DNA of 64,000 nt from an uncultured Gemmatimonadales bacterium (lineage in GTDB: Bacteria; Gemmatimonadota; Gemmatimonadetes; Gemmatimonadales; GWC2-71-9). The number at the start of each line of letters is the position of its first letter. The first letter of the stretch is position 1. Where the stretch lies: the NCBI GenBank assembly GCA_963739455.1, contig CAVUAK010000001.1:2432001-2496000 (forward strand), written 5' to 3'. The translations under genes were made by a program, and so were the position numbers. Shown here one piece after another: positions 31,836-41,946 of the stretch. Below the pieces are notes generated by a model. The model did not search any database. It saw only the letters and a list, made by a program, of their open reading frames with translations, and was not told the origin of the DNA.

Positions 31836-32860
31836 GGCAGGTCGCGAATGGCGGGGGGAAGGGCGTCGAGCAGCTGCTTGAGGTCGGCGGCCCGGCTCCG
31901 GTGCGTCACCAGGATCCGGCCGTTGGCGCGCACCACGATCAGGTCGGTCACGTCACTCACGACGATCGGTTCGCCGTCACTCCACACGATGCAGTCGGAT
32001 GCGTTGTGCAGCGACGCCGGACCCACGGTGACGTTGCCGCGCGCATCGCGTTCGCGGATGCGGCCGATCGCGTCCCACGTCCCCACGTCGTCCCAGCGGA
32101 ACGCGCCGCGAACCATCGCCACTGCCTGGCTCCGCTCGAGCACGCCGACGTCGATGGACACCGGTGTCAGTCCCTTGAAGAACCCTGCGACGTCGCCCTT
32201 CGCGATATGATCGATCCACGGCGCGAGCTCCGGCGTGTGTGCCCTCACTTCTGCCGCGAGACGCTCCGCCGTCCACGCAAACAGCCCGCTGTTCCAGAGG
32301 GCGCCCGCCGCCATCAGGTCGAGTGCCGTAGCGGCGTCGGGCTTCTCCTGGAATCGCGCCACGCGTGTAGCGTCGGCATCGAGCGCGGCGCCCGGCACGA
32401 TGTACCCGTAGCCCGTCTCCGGCCGCGTCGGCACCATGCCCACCGTCACCAGCCGGTCGTGCGTCCGCGCCGTACGCAGCGCCAGGTCGGCCGTCTGCCG
32501 GAACACCTCCGGCTCACCAATCCACCAGTCGGCATGCATCGACAGCACCGCCGCCTCGGCGTCGCGGCGACGCGCTTCGAGCGTGGCCCACACGAGGGCG
32601 GGCGCCGTGGACGCGGCGCGGGGCTCGATCAGGATGTTGGCCTGCGGCAGAGCCAGCCGCTCGCGCAGCGGCTCGGCCAGGGCAGGGCCTGTCACGACCA
32701 GGATCCGCTCCCGGGGGATGAACCCCTCCAGGCGCTCGACCGCCGCCTCCGCGGTGGAGCCGGGACCGGTCAACGGGAGCAGCTGCTTCGGTTGGCTGGG
32801 GGTGCTGAGGGGCCAGAAGCGGGTGCCGGAGCCACCGGCGAGGATGACGCCCCAGTTCAC
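31832..32860 (-). CDS. manC: Mannose-1-phosphate guanylyltransferase
   Basis: VILAGGSGTRFWPLS..PKQLL, EP..STAPA, PTRPETGYGYI, FQEKP, WNSG, SIDVGVLE, WDDVGTW. Confidence 0.88.
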   Translation of the reverse strand: MNWGVILAGGSGTRFWPLSTPSQPKQLLPLTGPGSTAEAAVERLEGFIPRERILVVTGPALAEPLRERLALPQANILIEPRAASTAPALVWATLEARRRDAEAAVLSMHADWWIGEPEVFRQTADLALRTARTHDRLVTVGMVPTRPETGYGYIVPGAALDADATRVARFQEKPDAATALDLMAAGALWNSGLFAWTAERLAAEVRAHTPELAPWIDHIAKGDVAGFFKGLTPVSIDVGVLERSQAVAMVRGAFRWDDVGTWDAIGRIRERDARGNVTVGPASLHNASDCIVWSDGEPIVVSDVTDLIVVRANGRILVTHRSRAADLKQLLDALPPAIRDLP

Positions 32861-33210
32861 AGGAGGGTCGCGAGCGCGGAGCGATGCCGGCGGAGGTCGT
32901 ACAGCACCTGGCCGAAATTCGCGTCCGGCTCCACCAGCACCAGGAGCCAGCTCCCCGGCGCCGCAGGGGTGACGAGCAGTGTACCCTGGTCGCCTTCCAC
33001 CGCGATGGTCTGGACGCTCCCGAGCGCCGAGCCCTCCGCGAGGAGGCTCGCGTGACGGATCGCCGCCGCGGCGAGCGCCGCCATGGCGTCGGGATCGGAC
33101 GATGCCCGCCCTTCATGGGCGATCGGCAGGCCATCCATGGACGCGACGACCACCGCCTCGACCCCAGGTCGGTCGGCCAGTGCGCGAACAACCTCGCTCA
33201 AGCTGCTCAT
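32857..33210 (-). CDS. Roadblock/LC7 (MglB-like) domain protein
   Basis: RPGVEAVVVASMDGLPI..MAAL..LLVLVEPDANFGQVLYDLRR; 117 aa. Confidence 0.8.
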   Translation of the reverse strand: MSSLSEVVRALADRPGVEAVVVASMDGLPIAHEGRASSDPDAMAALAAAAIRHASLLAEGSALGSVQTIAVEGDQGTLLVTPAAPGSWLLVLVEPDANFGQVLYDLRRHRSALATLL

Positions 33211-33247
33211 GCCAGGCTCATTTCGATGCAGGGGGGAAACGCTCGGC

Positions 33248-33276
33248 ATTCTATGAAGCGGAATGGGCGAAGTCAA
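33248..33276 (-). promoter_or_regulatory. Sigma70-type promoter TTGACT-N17-TAGAAT for the roadblock-manC operon
   Basis: Near-consensus hexamers with a 17-nt spacer, read on the minus strand. Confidence 0.7.
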
Positions 33277-33290
33277 GAAAAATCCACGGG

Positions 33291-33319
33291 TTGACCACCC
33301 TCCGGACGAGGCCTAAGCT
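33291..33319 (+). promoter_or_regulatory. Sigma70-type promoter TTGACC-N17-TAAGCT for the lipoprotein-serS operon
   Basis: 17-nt spacer; ATG lies 8 nt after the -10 box. Confidence 0.65.
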
Positions 33320-33327
33320 TCCCCGCC

Positions 33328-33903
33328 ATGCACCGATTCCATAGGGCCATCCCCCTGTTTTGCTCGCTGTTGTTTGCCGCCATTCTGGCTGCCTGCTCCA
33401 ACAACACCGACCTGCCGGAACCGACCGACGCCAACATCATCGACACCACCACGGTGTGGGCGCTGGACGGCACTGCCGTCACCGATCCGAGCGGGTTTTC
33501 CATCCCCGATCGCACCGCCGTGCGCACCGACCAGAGCGCCGCGTTCGATTTTGTCTTCAACATCGACAACTCGGGCAAGGCGGTCTTCCTGCCGATCGAC
33601 CTGCTCGGCCTCGGCTCCGTGTCCGGCCTCAACCCCGGACTGTACATCACGCCGACACCCTTCGACTCGATCAAGTCGGCGGTGACCGGTGACATGTATG
33701 TCTTCGATGATACGGTAGACGTCGTCGTCGGCAGCAGCTACTTCGTGCGCTCGCGCGTCGTGTGTACGACGCTCGCCGTGCCGCAGTATGGCAAGATCGA
33801 GGTCCTTTCAGTCGATCCGGTGGAAAAGTCGATGGTCTTCCGCTACCTGGTCAACAACAACTGCGGGTACCTGAGTCTCGAGCTGGGCTTTCCGAGGAAC
33901 TAG
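33328..33903 (+). CDS. Hypothetical lipoprotein
   Basis: Lipobox LAAC; beta-rich body with C..YGKIEV..NNNCGY. Confidence 0.8.
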   Translation: MHRFHRAIPLFCSLLFAAILAACSNNTDLPEPTDANIIDTTTVWALDGTAVTDPSGFSIPDRTAVRTDQSAAFDFVFNIDNSGKAVFLPIDLLGLGSVSGLNPGLYITPTPFDSIKSAVTGDMYVFDDTVDVVVGSSYFVRSRVVCTTLAVPQYGKIEVLSVDPVEKSMVFRYLVNNNCGYLSLELGFPRN

Positions 33904-33906
33904 GGC

Positions 33907-35190
33907 GTGATCGACATCAAGCGACTCCGCCAGGATCCCGACGGAACCCGGGCCGCGTTGGCGCGCCGCATGGACGCGTCGGCCATCGCGACGCTCGATC
34001 GCATCCTGGCGCTCGACGTGGCGCGCCGCGAGCTGCTCATCGCATCCGAGACCCTCAAGGCGAAGCGGAACGCCGAGACGGAGCAGGTTGCCCAGCTGAA
34101 ACGCACCGGCGCCCCGGCAGACGACCTGCTTGCCGCGCTGAAGGCGTCTTCCGACGAAATCAAGCTGATCGACTCACGACTGCGGACTGTCGACGCGCAG
34201 CTTGAGCCCGAGCTGCTCACCGTCCCCAATCTCCTCCTCGCCGACGTGCCCGACGGTGACGCCACGCAGAATCGCGTCACCCGCACCTGGGGCGAGATCC
34301 CCAAGTTCGACTTCACTCCGAAGCCGCACTGGGACCTCGGCACCGCACTCGGCATCCTCGACCTCGAGAATGGGGCCAAGATCGCCGGCTCCGGTTTCCC
34401 CATCCTGCGCGGCATGGGTGCGAAGCTGGTGCGCGCCCTCGCCAACTTCATGCTCGACCTGCACACGCAGGAGCACGGTTACGAGGAAGTGGCTCCGCCG
34501 TACCTGGTGAACAAGGCGTCGATGCAGGGCACCGGGCAGCTGCCCAAGTTCGGCGACGAGCTCTACACCGTTGGCGCGGATGGGCTCTATCTCATCCCCA
34601 CCAGTGAGGTGCCGCTCACCAACATCTACCGCGACACCATTCTCGACGCAGCATCGTTACCTGTTGCCGTCTGCGCCTGGACGCCCTGCTTTCGTCGTGA
34701 AGCAGGCGCCGCCGGCAAGGACACCCGCGGACTCATTCGCGTGCACCAGTTCGACAAGGTCGAGCTCGTGCGTCTCTGTCGCCCCGAGGACACCGACGCG
34801 CAGCACGAGCTCATCGCGCGCCAGGCGGAGACGGTGCTCGAGCGGCTGGAGCTGCCCTACCGTCGGCTCGCTCTCGCTGCGGGCGACACCGGCTTCCACA
34901 GTGCGCGCACCTGGGATCTCGAGGTCTGGGCTGCCGGTGTCGGCACCTGGCTCGAGGTGTCGAGCGCCAGCACGTTCACTGACTTCCAGGCGCGCCGCGC
35001 CAGCATCCGCTTCCGCCCGTCAGCCGGGGCCAAGCCCGAGTTCGTGCATACGCTGAACGCATCGGGCCTCGCCTTCCCGCGGACGATCATCGCCCTGCTC
35101 GAGAACAACCAGGCAGCGGACGGTTCGGTAAGGATCCCCGGCGCACTCGCGCCGTACCTCGGGACCGACCGGCTCGTCGCCCGTGCCTAG
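33907..35190 (+). CDS. serS: Serine--tRNA ligase
   Basis: MIDIKRLR, KPHWDLG, GTGQLPKF, LIPTSEV, FRREAG..DTRGLIRVHQFDKVE, EVSSAS, HTLNASGLA. Confidence 0.97.
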   Translation: MIDIKRLRQDPDGTRAALARRMDASAIATLDRILALDVARRELLIASETLKAKRNAETEQVAQLKRTGAPADDLLAALKASSDEIKLIDSRLRTVDAQLEPELLTVPNLLLADVPDGDATQNRVTRTWGEIPKFDFTPKPHWDLGTALGILDLENGAKIAGSGFPILRGMGAKLVRALANFMLDLHTQEHGYEEVAPPYLVNKASMQGTGQLPKFGDELYTVGADGLYLIPTSEVPLTNIYRDTILDAASLPVAVCAWTPCFRREAGAAGKDTRGLIRVHQFDKVELVRLCRPEDTDAQHELIARQAETVLERLELPYRRLALAAGDTGFHSARTWDLEVWAAGVGTWLEVSSASTFTDFQARRASIRFRPSAGAKPEFVHTLNASGLAFPRTIIALLENNQAADGSVRIPGALAPYLGTDRLVARA

Positions 35191-36346
35191 GCAGGGGATC
35201 CGGCGCTTCGCGCCCGTGCTGATGGTGGTGCTGGTGACGCTGCTCGTGCTGCTCAGCGTCGCCACCAGTCTCTTCGTGGTGCGCCACTTCCGCCGTGAGG
35301 CCCAGAACGCCAGTAAGCTCTACGCCGGCGTGTTCACCGGGCTCAACGATCCCCGGCCCGGCGCCGAGGCCAGCGCGCTCCTCCGGCTCGGCGAGCACGT
35401 CAAGGAACTCGGCATGCCGCTCGTCGTCACCGACAAGACCGGTCGGGTGACCGCCTTCGACAACGTGCCGTTCCCCGCCACCATCGACGATCCGAAGCTG
35501 CGCGAATACGCTGCCCGCCTCGATGCGCGGAACCCGCCCGTGGTTGATTCCCTCGTCGGCACCATCCACTACGGTGGCATGCCCGCGGGACGCATCATCA
35601 CCACGCTGGTCGTGTTCGAGGCCGTCACCATTGCATTCATCGTCGGCATCGCCATCTTCGCCTATCGCGCCGCCATCGATTCCCAGCGCGATCGCGTCTG
35701 GGTCGCCATGGCCCGCGAGGCCGCACACCAGCTCGGCACGCCGCTCATGAGCCTGCACGGGTGGATCGAGACGCTGCGTTCGCGCCCGACGCCGCCGCCA
35801 GGGCTCGCCGATCACCTCATGGCCGATACCGAGCGTCTCGATCGCGTCGCCCAGCGCTTCGAGCGTATCGGCAATGCGCCTCGCAGTGAGTTGATCGGCC
35901 TCGGCGCCCTCGCCGATCGCGTCGCAGGCTACTTCCGGCCTCGCCTGCCCAAGCACGCCAACGCGATCGAGCTTCGCGTCGAGGCCGCCGGCCCCGGCCC
36001 CTCGGTGAAGGGCGATCCCGTGCTGCTCGAGTGGGCGCTCGAGGCGCTGGTGAAGAACGCCATCGACGCCCTCCAGGGTCGCGGGGGCACCATTACCATC
36101 CATGCGGAGGCCGCGCATGGGTCCGGTGAACTGCGCGTCATTGACGACGGCCCCGGCGTCCCGCGCGAAATCCGGCGCTCGATCTTCGAGCCGGGTATCA
36201 CCACGAAGGAACGCGGCTGGGGCATCGGGCTCGCCCTCGCCCGACGGGTCATTGAGGACGCGCACCACGGCAGGATCGAGCTCGACCCCCTGTCCGACAC
36301 CACGGCGTTCGTGATTCGCATTCCGCTCGCCGATCAGGAGGTCTAG
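35183..36346 (+). CDS. Membrane sensor histidine kinase
   Basis: Two TMs; H-box AAHQLGTPL; LVKNAIDA; DDGPG; IFEPGITTK; GWGIGL. Confidence 0.92.
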   Translation: MPRQGIRRFAPVLMVVLVTLLVLLSVATSLFVVRHFRREAQNASKLYAGVFTGLNDPRPGAEASALLRLGEHVKELGMPLVVTDKTGRVTAFDNVPFPATIDDPKLREYAARLDARNPPVVDSLVGTIHYGGMPAGRIITTLVVFEAVTIAFIVGIAIFAYRAAIDSQRDRVWVAMAREAAHQLGTPLMSLHGWIETLRSRPTPPPGLADHLMADTERLDRVAQRFERIGNAPRSELIGLGALADRVAGYFRPRLPKHANAIELRVEAAGPGPSVKGDPVLLEWALEALVKNAIDALQGRGGTITIHAEAAHGSGELRVIDDGPGVPREIRRSIFEPGITTKERGWGIGLALARRVIEDAHHGRIELDPLSDTTAFVIRIPLADQEV

Positions 36347-36350
36347 CTGG

Positions 36351-38629
36351 ATGGAGTGGCTTGAGGGACTGAATCCCGCACAGCGCGAGGCCGTGGAGCA
36401 CGTCCACGGTCCCATGCTCGTGCTCGCCGGCGCCGGCTCGGGGAAGACGCGCGTGCTCACTTCGCGCATCGTCAACCTCATCGAGCAGCACGGCGTGCCG
36501 GTGCAGCGCATCTTCGCCGTCACCTTCACCAACAAGGCCGCCGGCGAAATGAAGGCGCGCGTCGGTCGCATGCTCGGCCGCGACCCCGCCGGCCTCTGGA
36601 TCGGCACCTTCCACAGCCTCTCTGCCCGGCTGCTTCGGCGCGAGGCCGAGCTGCTCGGATTCACCCGCGCCTTCACCATCTACGACGAGGACGACCGCGA
36701 GGCGCTCGTGCGACGGCTGCTCGAGTCGAAGGGTCATTCGCCCAAGACCTTCACCCCGCGCGCTGTGTCGTCGGTCATTTCCTCGGCGAAGAACAAGATG
36801 CAGTCGCCGGAAGACCTCGCCGCGTCCAACCCGTTCGACCGACTCGCGAAGGTGGCCGCCGACGTCTACACCGCGCTCGGGCCCGCCATGCAGGCGGCCA
36901 ACGCGATGGACTTCGACGATCTCATGCTCCTGCCACTGCGCCTCTTCCGCGAGCATCCCGACCGTCTCGCCGCGTGGCGCGATCGCTTCGCCTTCATCCT
37001 GGTCGACGAGTTCCAGGACACCAACAAGGCGCAGTACGAAATGGTCCGTGCGCTCGGCGGACACGGCAACGTCATGGTGGTGGGTGACGACGACCAGTCC
37101 ATCTACGGCTGGCGCGGCGCCGACGTGAAGAACATGCGCCAGTTCCAGGAAGACTTCCCCGGCACGCAGGTGGTGAAGCTCGAGGAGAACTACCGCTCCT
37201 CGCAGGTGGTGCTCGATGCCGCCAACGCCGTCATCGCCGAGAATCGCGGACGCATGGGGAAGACGCTGGTGACGCGTCGGCGGGGCGGGGAATCGATCAC
37301 CCTCCTCACCGCCGCCGACGAGCGCGACGAGGCCGAGTGGATTGTCCGCGAGCTCCTGCGCCGTCGCCAGGCCAACGATTTCGAGCCCCGCGACATGGCG
37401 GTGCTCTATCGCACCAACTCGCAGTCCCGCGCCATGGAAGAGGCCTTCCGTCGCGCCGGCATGCCCTATCGCCTCATCGGCGCCATCAGCTTCTACGACC
37501 GGCGCGAGGTGAAGGACCTGCTGGCGTACCTGCGCCTCATCGCCAATCCGCGCGACGACGCGGCCTTCCTCCGCGCCATCGCCGTCCCCCGTCGCGGCCT
37601 GGGTGACACCAGCCTCGCCACGCTCACGGAGGTCGCATCGAGCGTGGAACCAGCCGCTGCTCGCCGTCGCCCGCGCCGCCGATCGCGCACCCGAGCTCCG
37701 GCCCAACGTGCGCATCGCATTGCTGGCGTTTGCTCAGCTGGTCGATTCGCTCGCGGCGCAGGCCCAGACCTTGGCGCCCGCCGACGTGCTCGAGCGGCTC
37801 ATCGAGGCGATCAAGTACGAGCAGGTGCTGATGACCGAGGCCGACGGCGCCGATCGCTGGGACAACGTGCGGGAGCTGGTGGCCGCCACCGCGGAGTGGT
37901 CGGAGGTGGCTGGGGAGGAGGACGAACCTTCGACTCCATTGGAGCGGTTCCTCACGGAGGCAGCACTTCTCTCCGGCAACGACAAGCTCGCCGGCAGCGA
38001 GGACGGCGTCACCCTCATGACGCTGCATACCGCCAAGGGTCTCGAGTGGCCCCTTGTCGTCATGTCTGGTCTCGAGCACGGCCTCTTTCCCCTCGCCCGC
38101 TCCGAGGAGACCCCCGGCGGACTCGAGGAGGAGCGTCGCCTCTGCTACGTCGGCCTCACCCGCTCGCGCGACAAGCTCTACCTCACCTGGGCCCAGACTC
38201 GGCGCCGGGGCGGGGAGCTCCGTCACTCCATCCGGTCCAAGTTCGTCGACGCCGTTCCGCCCGAGATAGTGGATGAACAGCGCAGTTCGCTGGTATTCTC
38301 CGTGGGTCGCCAGGGCGGCGGCATGACCGCCGGGCGCTACAGCGGCTGGGGACGCCAGCGCGCAGCGCGACGATGCACCGATGCGTCCTTCATGTCGTCC
38401 GCCGCAGGCGGCCCTGCCGCCTGCCGCCGAGGAGGCGTCACAGGACGCCCCGCGCTATGTAAAGGGTGAACGGGTCCGGCACCGCAGGTTCGGCAGCGGC
38501 AAGATTCAGGGACTTATCGGCACCGGACGCGACCTCAAGGTCTCCGTGGCCTTCGATGACGAAACGATTGGCGTCAAGCAACTCCTCGTTGCCTACGCCG
38601 GTCTCGAACGCGATTGGGAGGGAGCATGA
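36351..38629 (+). CDS. pcrA: UvrD/PcrA DNA helicase (indels near 37640 and 38370-38410)
   Basis: LNPAQ, LAGAGSGKT, TFTNKAA, DEFQD, GDDDQSIY, LEENYRS, LMTLHTAKGLEW, EEERRLCYV, C-terminal GERVRHRRFGSG. Confidence 0.92.
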
Positions 38630-38929
38630 GCGGTATCACGAAGGACGACGTCCTGCACGTGGCCCGGCTGTCGGCACTCGAAGTGCCCGACGCCGAGCTC
38701 GATCACCTGGTGGACCAGCTGCAGCGCATCGTGGCCATGGTCGACCAGCTGGGCGAGGTCACCGTGGCAGGGAAGGCGCCGCCGTTCAACGCCGGCCCCG
38801 CCCAGGTCGAGCTGCGCGCCGACGTCATCGCTCCTGTGCCACTCGCTCACGCTCCGAGCACAGTTCGGCCCCGGCTTCGCCGGAGAGTTCTTCTCGGTGC
38901 CACGCCACACCGCGATGGAGGAAGGATGA
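38626..38929 (+). CDS. gatC: Asp/Glu-tRNA amidotransferase subunit C (indel near 38865)
   Basis: ITKDDVLHVARLSAL..LRAD; position before gatA. Confidence 0.85.
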
Positions 38930-40317
38930 AGGCCGCCGAGATCGCGAAGGTCGTCGCTGCTCGCCTCACCGAGAGCGATGCTTCCGGCCTGAACGCCACT
39001 CTTGACTGGTCACCCGGCCTGCTCGAGCGCGAGGCCGCGCGTGTCGATGCCATGACGGCCACGATGCCGCTCCACGCCATGCCCATCGCGGTGAAGGACA
39101 ACATCGTCACCACCGAGCAGCCCAGCACCTGCGCGTCGAAGATTCTCGAGGGCTACACCAGCCCGTTCAACGCCACTGCCATCGATCGCCTCCGCGCCGC
39201 CGGTGCCATGGTGGCCTGCAAGGCGAACATGGATGAGTTCGCCATGGGCTCCTCCACCGAGAACAGCGCCTTCGGCCGGGTGAAGAACCCGATCGATCAT
39301 TCCCGCGTGCCGGGCGGTTCCAGCGGCGGATCCGCCGCCCTCGTTGCCGCCGGCGTCGTCCCCACCGCACTCGGCTCCGAGACCGGCGGCTCCGTGCGGC
39401 AGCCCGCCAGCTTCTGCGGCATCGTCGGCATCAAGCCCAGCTACGGACGCGTTAGCCGTCATGGCCTCATCGCCTTCGGCTCATCGCTCGACTGCATTTC
39501 CGTCTTCGGCAACAACGTCGCCAACGCTGCCGCCGTGCTCGGCGTCATGAGCGGGCACGATCCCCTCGACGCCACCACCGCGCGCCAGCCCTCGCTCCCG
39601 CTCTCGCCCGGCGATCTCCCCGATCTCAAGAACCTCGTCGTCGGGCTGCCGCGCGAGTACTACCCCGACGATCTCGACCCCGGCGTGCGTGCCGGGCTCG
39701 ATCGCACCATCGCCGCCGTCCGCGCACAGGGCGCCGAGGTTCGCGAAGTGTCGCTGCCGCACTCGAAGTACGCGGTGCCCACCTACTACATCGTGGCTCC
39801 CGCCGAGGCGGCGTCGAACCTGGCGCGGTTCGATGGCGTGCGTTACGGGCTCCGCCGTCTCAAGGATGGAGACGACGTCGCCGACATGTACCGCCGCACC
39901 CGCGGCGAGGGCTTCGGCCCCGAGGTGCGTCGCCGCATCCTCGTCGGCACCTATGTGCTGAGCGCCGGCTACTACGACGCCTACTACGGCAAGGCACAGG
40001 CGGTCCGCGCGCTCATTGCCGAGGATTTTCGCAAGGTGTTTGCGGGTGGGGTGGACCTGCTGCTAACCCCGACAACGCCAACACCCGCCTTCAAGGCTGG
40101 CGAGAAGGCCGACGATCCCGTCGCGATGTACTACGCCGACATCTTCGTCTGCGCCATCAGCCTCGCCGGTCTTCCGGCAATGAGCATTCCCGTCGGCCGG
40201 AGCGCCGGCCTTCCCATCGGCGCCCAGATCATCGCCCCGATGTTCGAGGAACAGCGTATGCTCGCCGCCGCGCAGGTGCTCGAGCGCGTTGTGAGTGCCA
40301 CGGAAGAGGTGCGCTGA
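38926..40317 (+). CDS. gatA: Asp/Glu-tRNA amidotransferase subunit A
   Basis: [63 protein letters not shown]. Confidence 0.96.
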   Translation: MKAAEIAKVVAARLTESDASGLNATLDWSPGLLEREAARVDAMTATMPLHAMPIAVKDNIVTTEQPSTCASKILEGYTSPFNATAIDRLRAAGAMVACKANMDEFAMGSSTENSAFGRVKNPIDHSRVPGGSSGGSAALVAAGVVPTALGSETGGSVRQPASFCGIVGIKPSYGRVSRHGLIAFGSSLDCISVFGNNVANAAAVLGVMSGHDPLDATTARQPSLPLSPGDLPDLKNLVVGLPREYYPDDLDPGVRAGLDRTIAAVRAQGAEVREVSLPHSKYAVPTYYIVAPAEAASNLARFDGVRYGLRRLKDGDDVADMYRRTRGEGFGPEVRRRILVGTYVLSAGYYDAYYGKAQAVRALIAEDFRKVFAGGVDLLLTPTTPTPAFKAGEKADDPVAMYYADIFVCAISLAGLPAMSIPVGRSAGLPIGAQIIAPMFEEQRMLAAAQVLERVVSATEEVR

Positions 40318-41738
40318 TGACCTGGGAATGCGTTATCGGACTCGAAGTCCACGTGCAGCTCGGCACAGCCACCAAGATGTTCTGCGCCGCCGCCAACTCG
40401 TACGGTGAGCCGCCCAACACGCTCATCGACCCCTACACGCTCGGCCTGCCGGGCGCGCTGCCGGTGCCCAACGCCGAAGCGGTGCGCCTCGGTACCCGCG
40501 CGGCGCTCGCCCTCGGCTGCACCGTGCATCCCGTCAGCATCTTTGCGCGCAAGCATTACTTCTATCCCGACCTCCCCAAGGGATACCAGATCTCGCAGTT
40601 CGAGGAGCCGCTGGCGACGAAGGGCGCCGTCACCATCGAGTCGCCCGAGCGCGGGCGCATCAGCATCGGTGTCACCCGACTCCATCTCGAGGAAGATGCC
40701 GGCAAGTCGCTGCACGACCGTCTCCCTGGTCGAACAGCCGTCGATCTCAACCGCGCTGGCGTCCCGCTCGCCGAGATCGTGAGCGAGCCCGACATGCGGA
40801 GCGCCGCAGAGGCGCGCGCCTATCTCACGCTCCTGCGTCAGCTCCTGGTCTACTCCGGCGTATCGGAGTGCAGCATGGAGAAGGGCACCCTCCGCGTCGA
40901 CGCGAACGTCTCTATCCGCAAGGTCGGCGACGAGAAGCTTGGCACCAAGACCGAGGTGAAGAACCTCAACAGCTTCGCCAACGTCGAGCGCGCCATCGAG
41001 GTCGAGCGCGAACGCCAGATCGCGATACTTGAGTCGGGTGGCCGGATTTCCCAGGAGACTCGCCTCTACAACGCGAACACCGGCACCACGAAGGCGTTGC
41101 GCTCCAAGGAAGAGAGCCACGATTACCGCTATTTCCCCGATCCTGATCTCCCGCCGCTCGTGCTGGAGCAAAGCTGGATCGATGAGCAGCGCGCCACGCT
41201 CCCCGAGCTCCCCGAGGCCAAGCGCGAGCGCTTCGCCAGTGAGCATGGCCTGCCGGTGTATCACGCCGCCACATTGACACTCGAGCAACCCGTCGCCGAG
41301 TTCTTCGAGAAGACGGTGCAGGCAGGTGCCGAGCCCAAGGCCGCCGCTGACTGGATCCTGGAGACGGTGCTCACCGTCTACAACGACAGCGGCACCTTTC
41401 CGGTCACCCCCGATCGCCTCGCCGCACTCATCGGCTTGGTGAAGGCCGGCACCGTCAGCAAGCAGGCCGCGAAGACGGTCTACGCCGAACTACTCACCAC
41501 GAGCGACGCGCCGGCCGACATCGCCAACCGCCTTGGCCTCGTGCAGGTCAGCGACTCAGGCCAGGTGGGCAAGTGGGTGGATGAGGTGCTCGCCGCGCAT
41601 CCCGCTGAAGTGGCCCGTTTCAAGGGCGGGGAAGCGAAGCTGATCGGGTTTCTGGTGGGCCAGGTCATGAAGAAGAGCGGAGGCAAGGCCGATCCCAAGG
41701 CTGTACAGCCAGTGTTGCAAGGGAAGCTCTCCGAATGA
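40317..41738 (+). CDS. gatB: Asp/Glu-tRNA amidotransferase subunit B
   Basis: VIGLEVHVQL, YFYPDLPKGYQISQ, HLEEDAGK, DYRYFPDPDL, GFLVGQVMK. Confidence 0.97.
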   Translation: MTWECVIGLEVHVQLGTATKMFCAAANSYGEPPNTLIDPYTLGLPGALPVPNAEAVRLGTRAALALGCTVHPVSIFARKHYFYPDLPKGYQISQFEEPLATKGAVTIESPERGRISIGVTRLHLEEDAGKSLHDRLPGRTAVDLNRAGVPLAEIVSEPDMRSAAEARAYLTLLRQLLVYSGVSECSMEKGTLRVDANVSIRKVGDEKLGTKTEVKNLNSFANVERAIEVERERQIAILESGGRISQETRLYNANTGTTKALRSKEESHDYRYFPDPDLPPLVLEQSWIDEQRATLPELPEAKRERFASEHGLPVYHAATLTLEQPVAEFFEKTVQAGAEPKAAADWILETVLTVYNDSGTFPVTPDRLAALIGLVKAGTVSKQAAKTVYAELLTTSDAPADIANRLGLVQVSDSGQVGKWVDEVLAAHPAEVARFKGGEAKLIGFLVGQVMKKSGGKADPKAVQPVLQGKLSE

Positions 41739-41782
41739 TTTCCAGTTAGGAGGGCACCAGCACCCACAAATTCTCCGTGACA

Positions 41783-41810
41783 CGTCCTGAAGCGTCCCGA
41801 CTTCAGGACG
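41783..41810. terminator. Perfect 10-bp hairpin CGTCCTGAAG-N8-CTTCAGGACG after gatB; possible terminator or operator
   Basis: Inverted repeat read directly; lacks a clear U-tract. Confidence 0.35.
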
Positions 41811-41946
41811 GTTGCACTCGCACCGACCGCATGGGCCGATCGTCCCACCTTGCGGCTCCCATACTCGCAGCCTACCTACCGAGGGATCCCCAACGTCCCT
41901 GAAGATCCGTGCAGATATTGGGATCCGCTCCTTCGAGGAGGTATGC

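Noticed and set aside
38614..40317. Apparent GatC-GatA fusion
   Set aside because: One indel near 38865 explains it; gatA has its own GGAGG/GAAGG RBS and an ATGA overlap.
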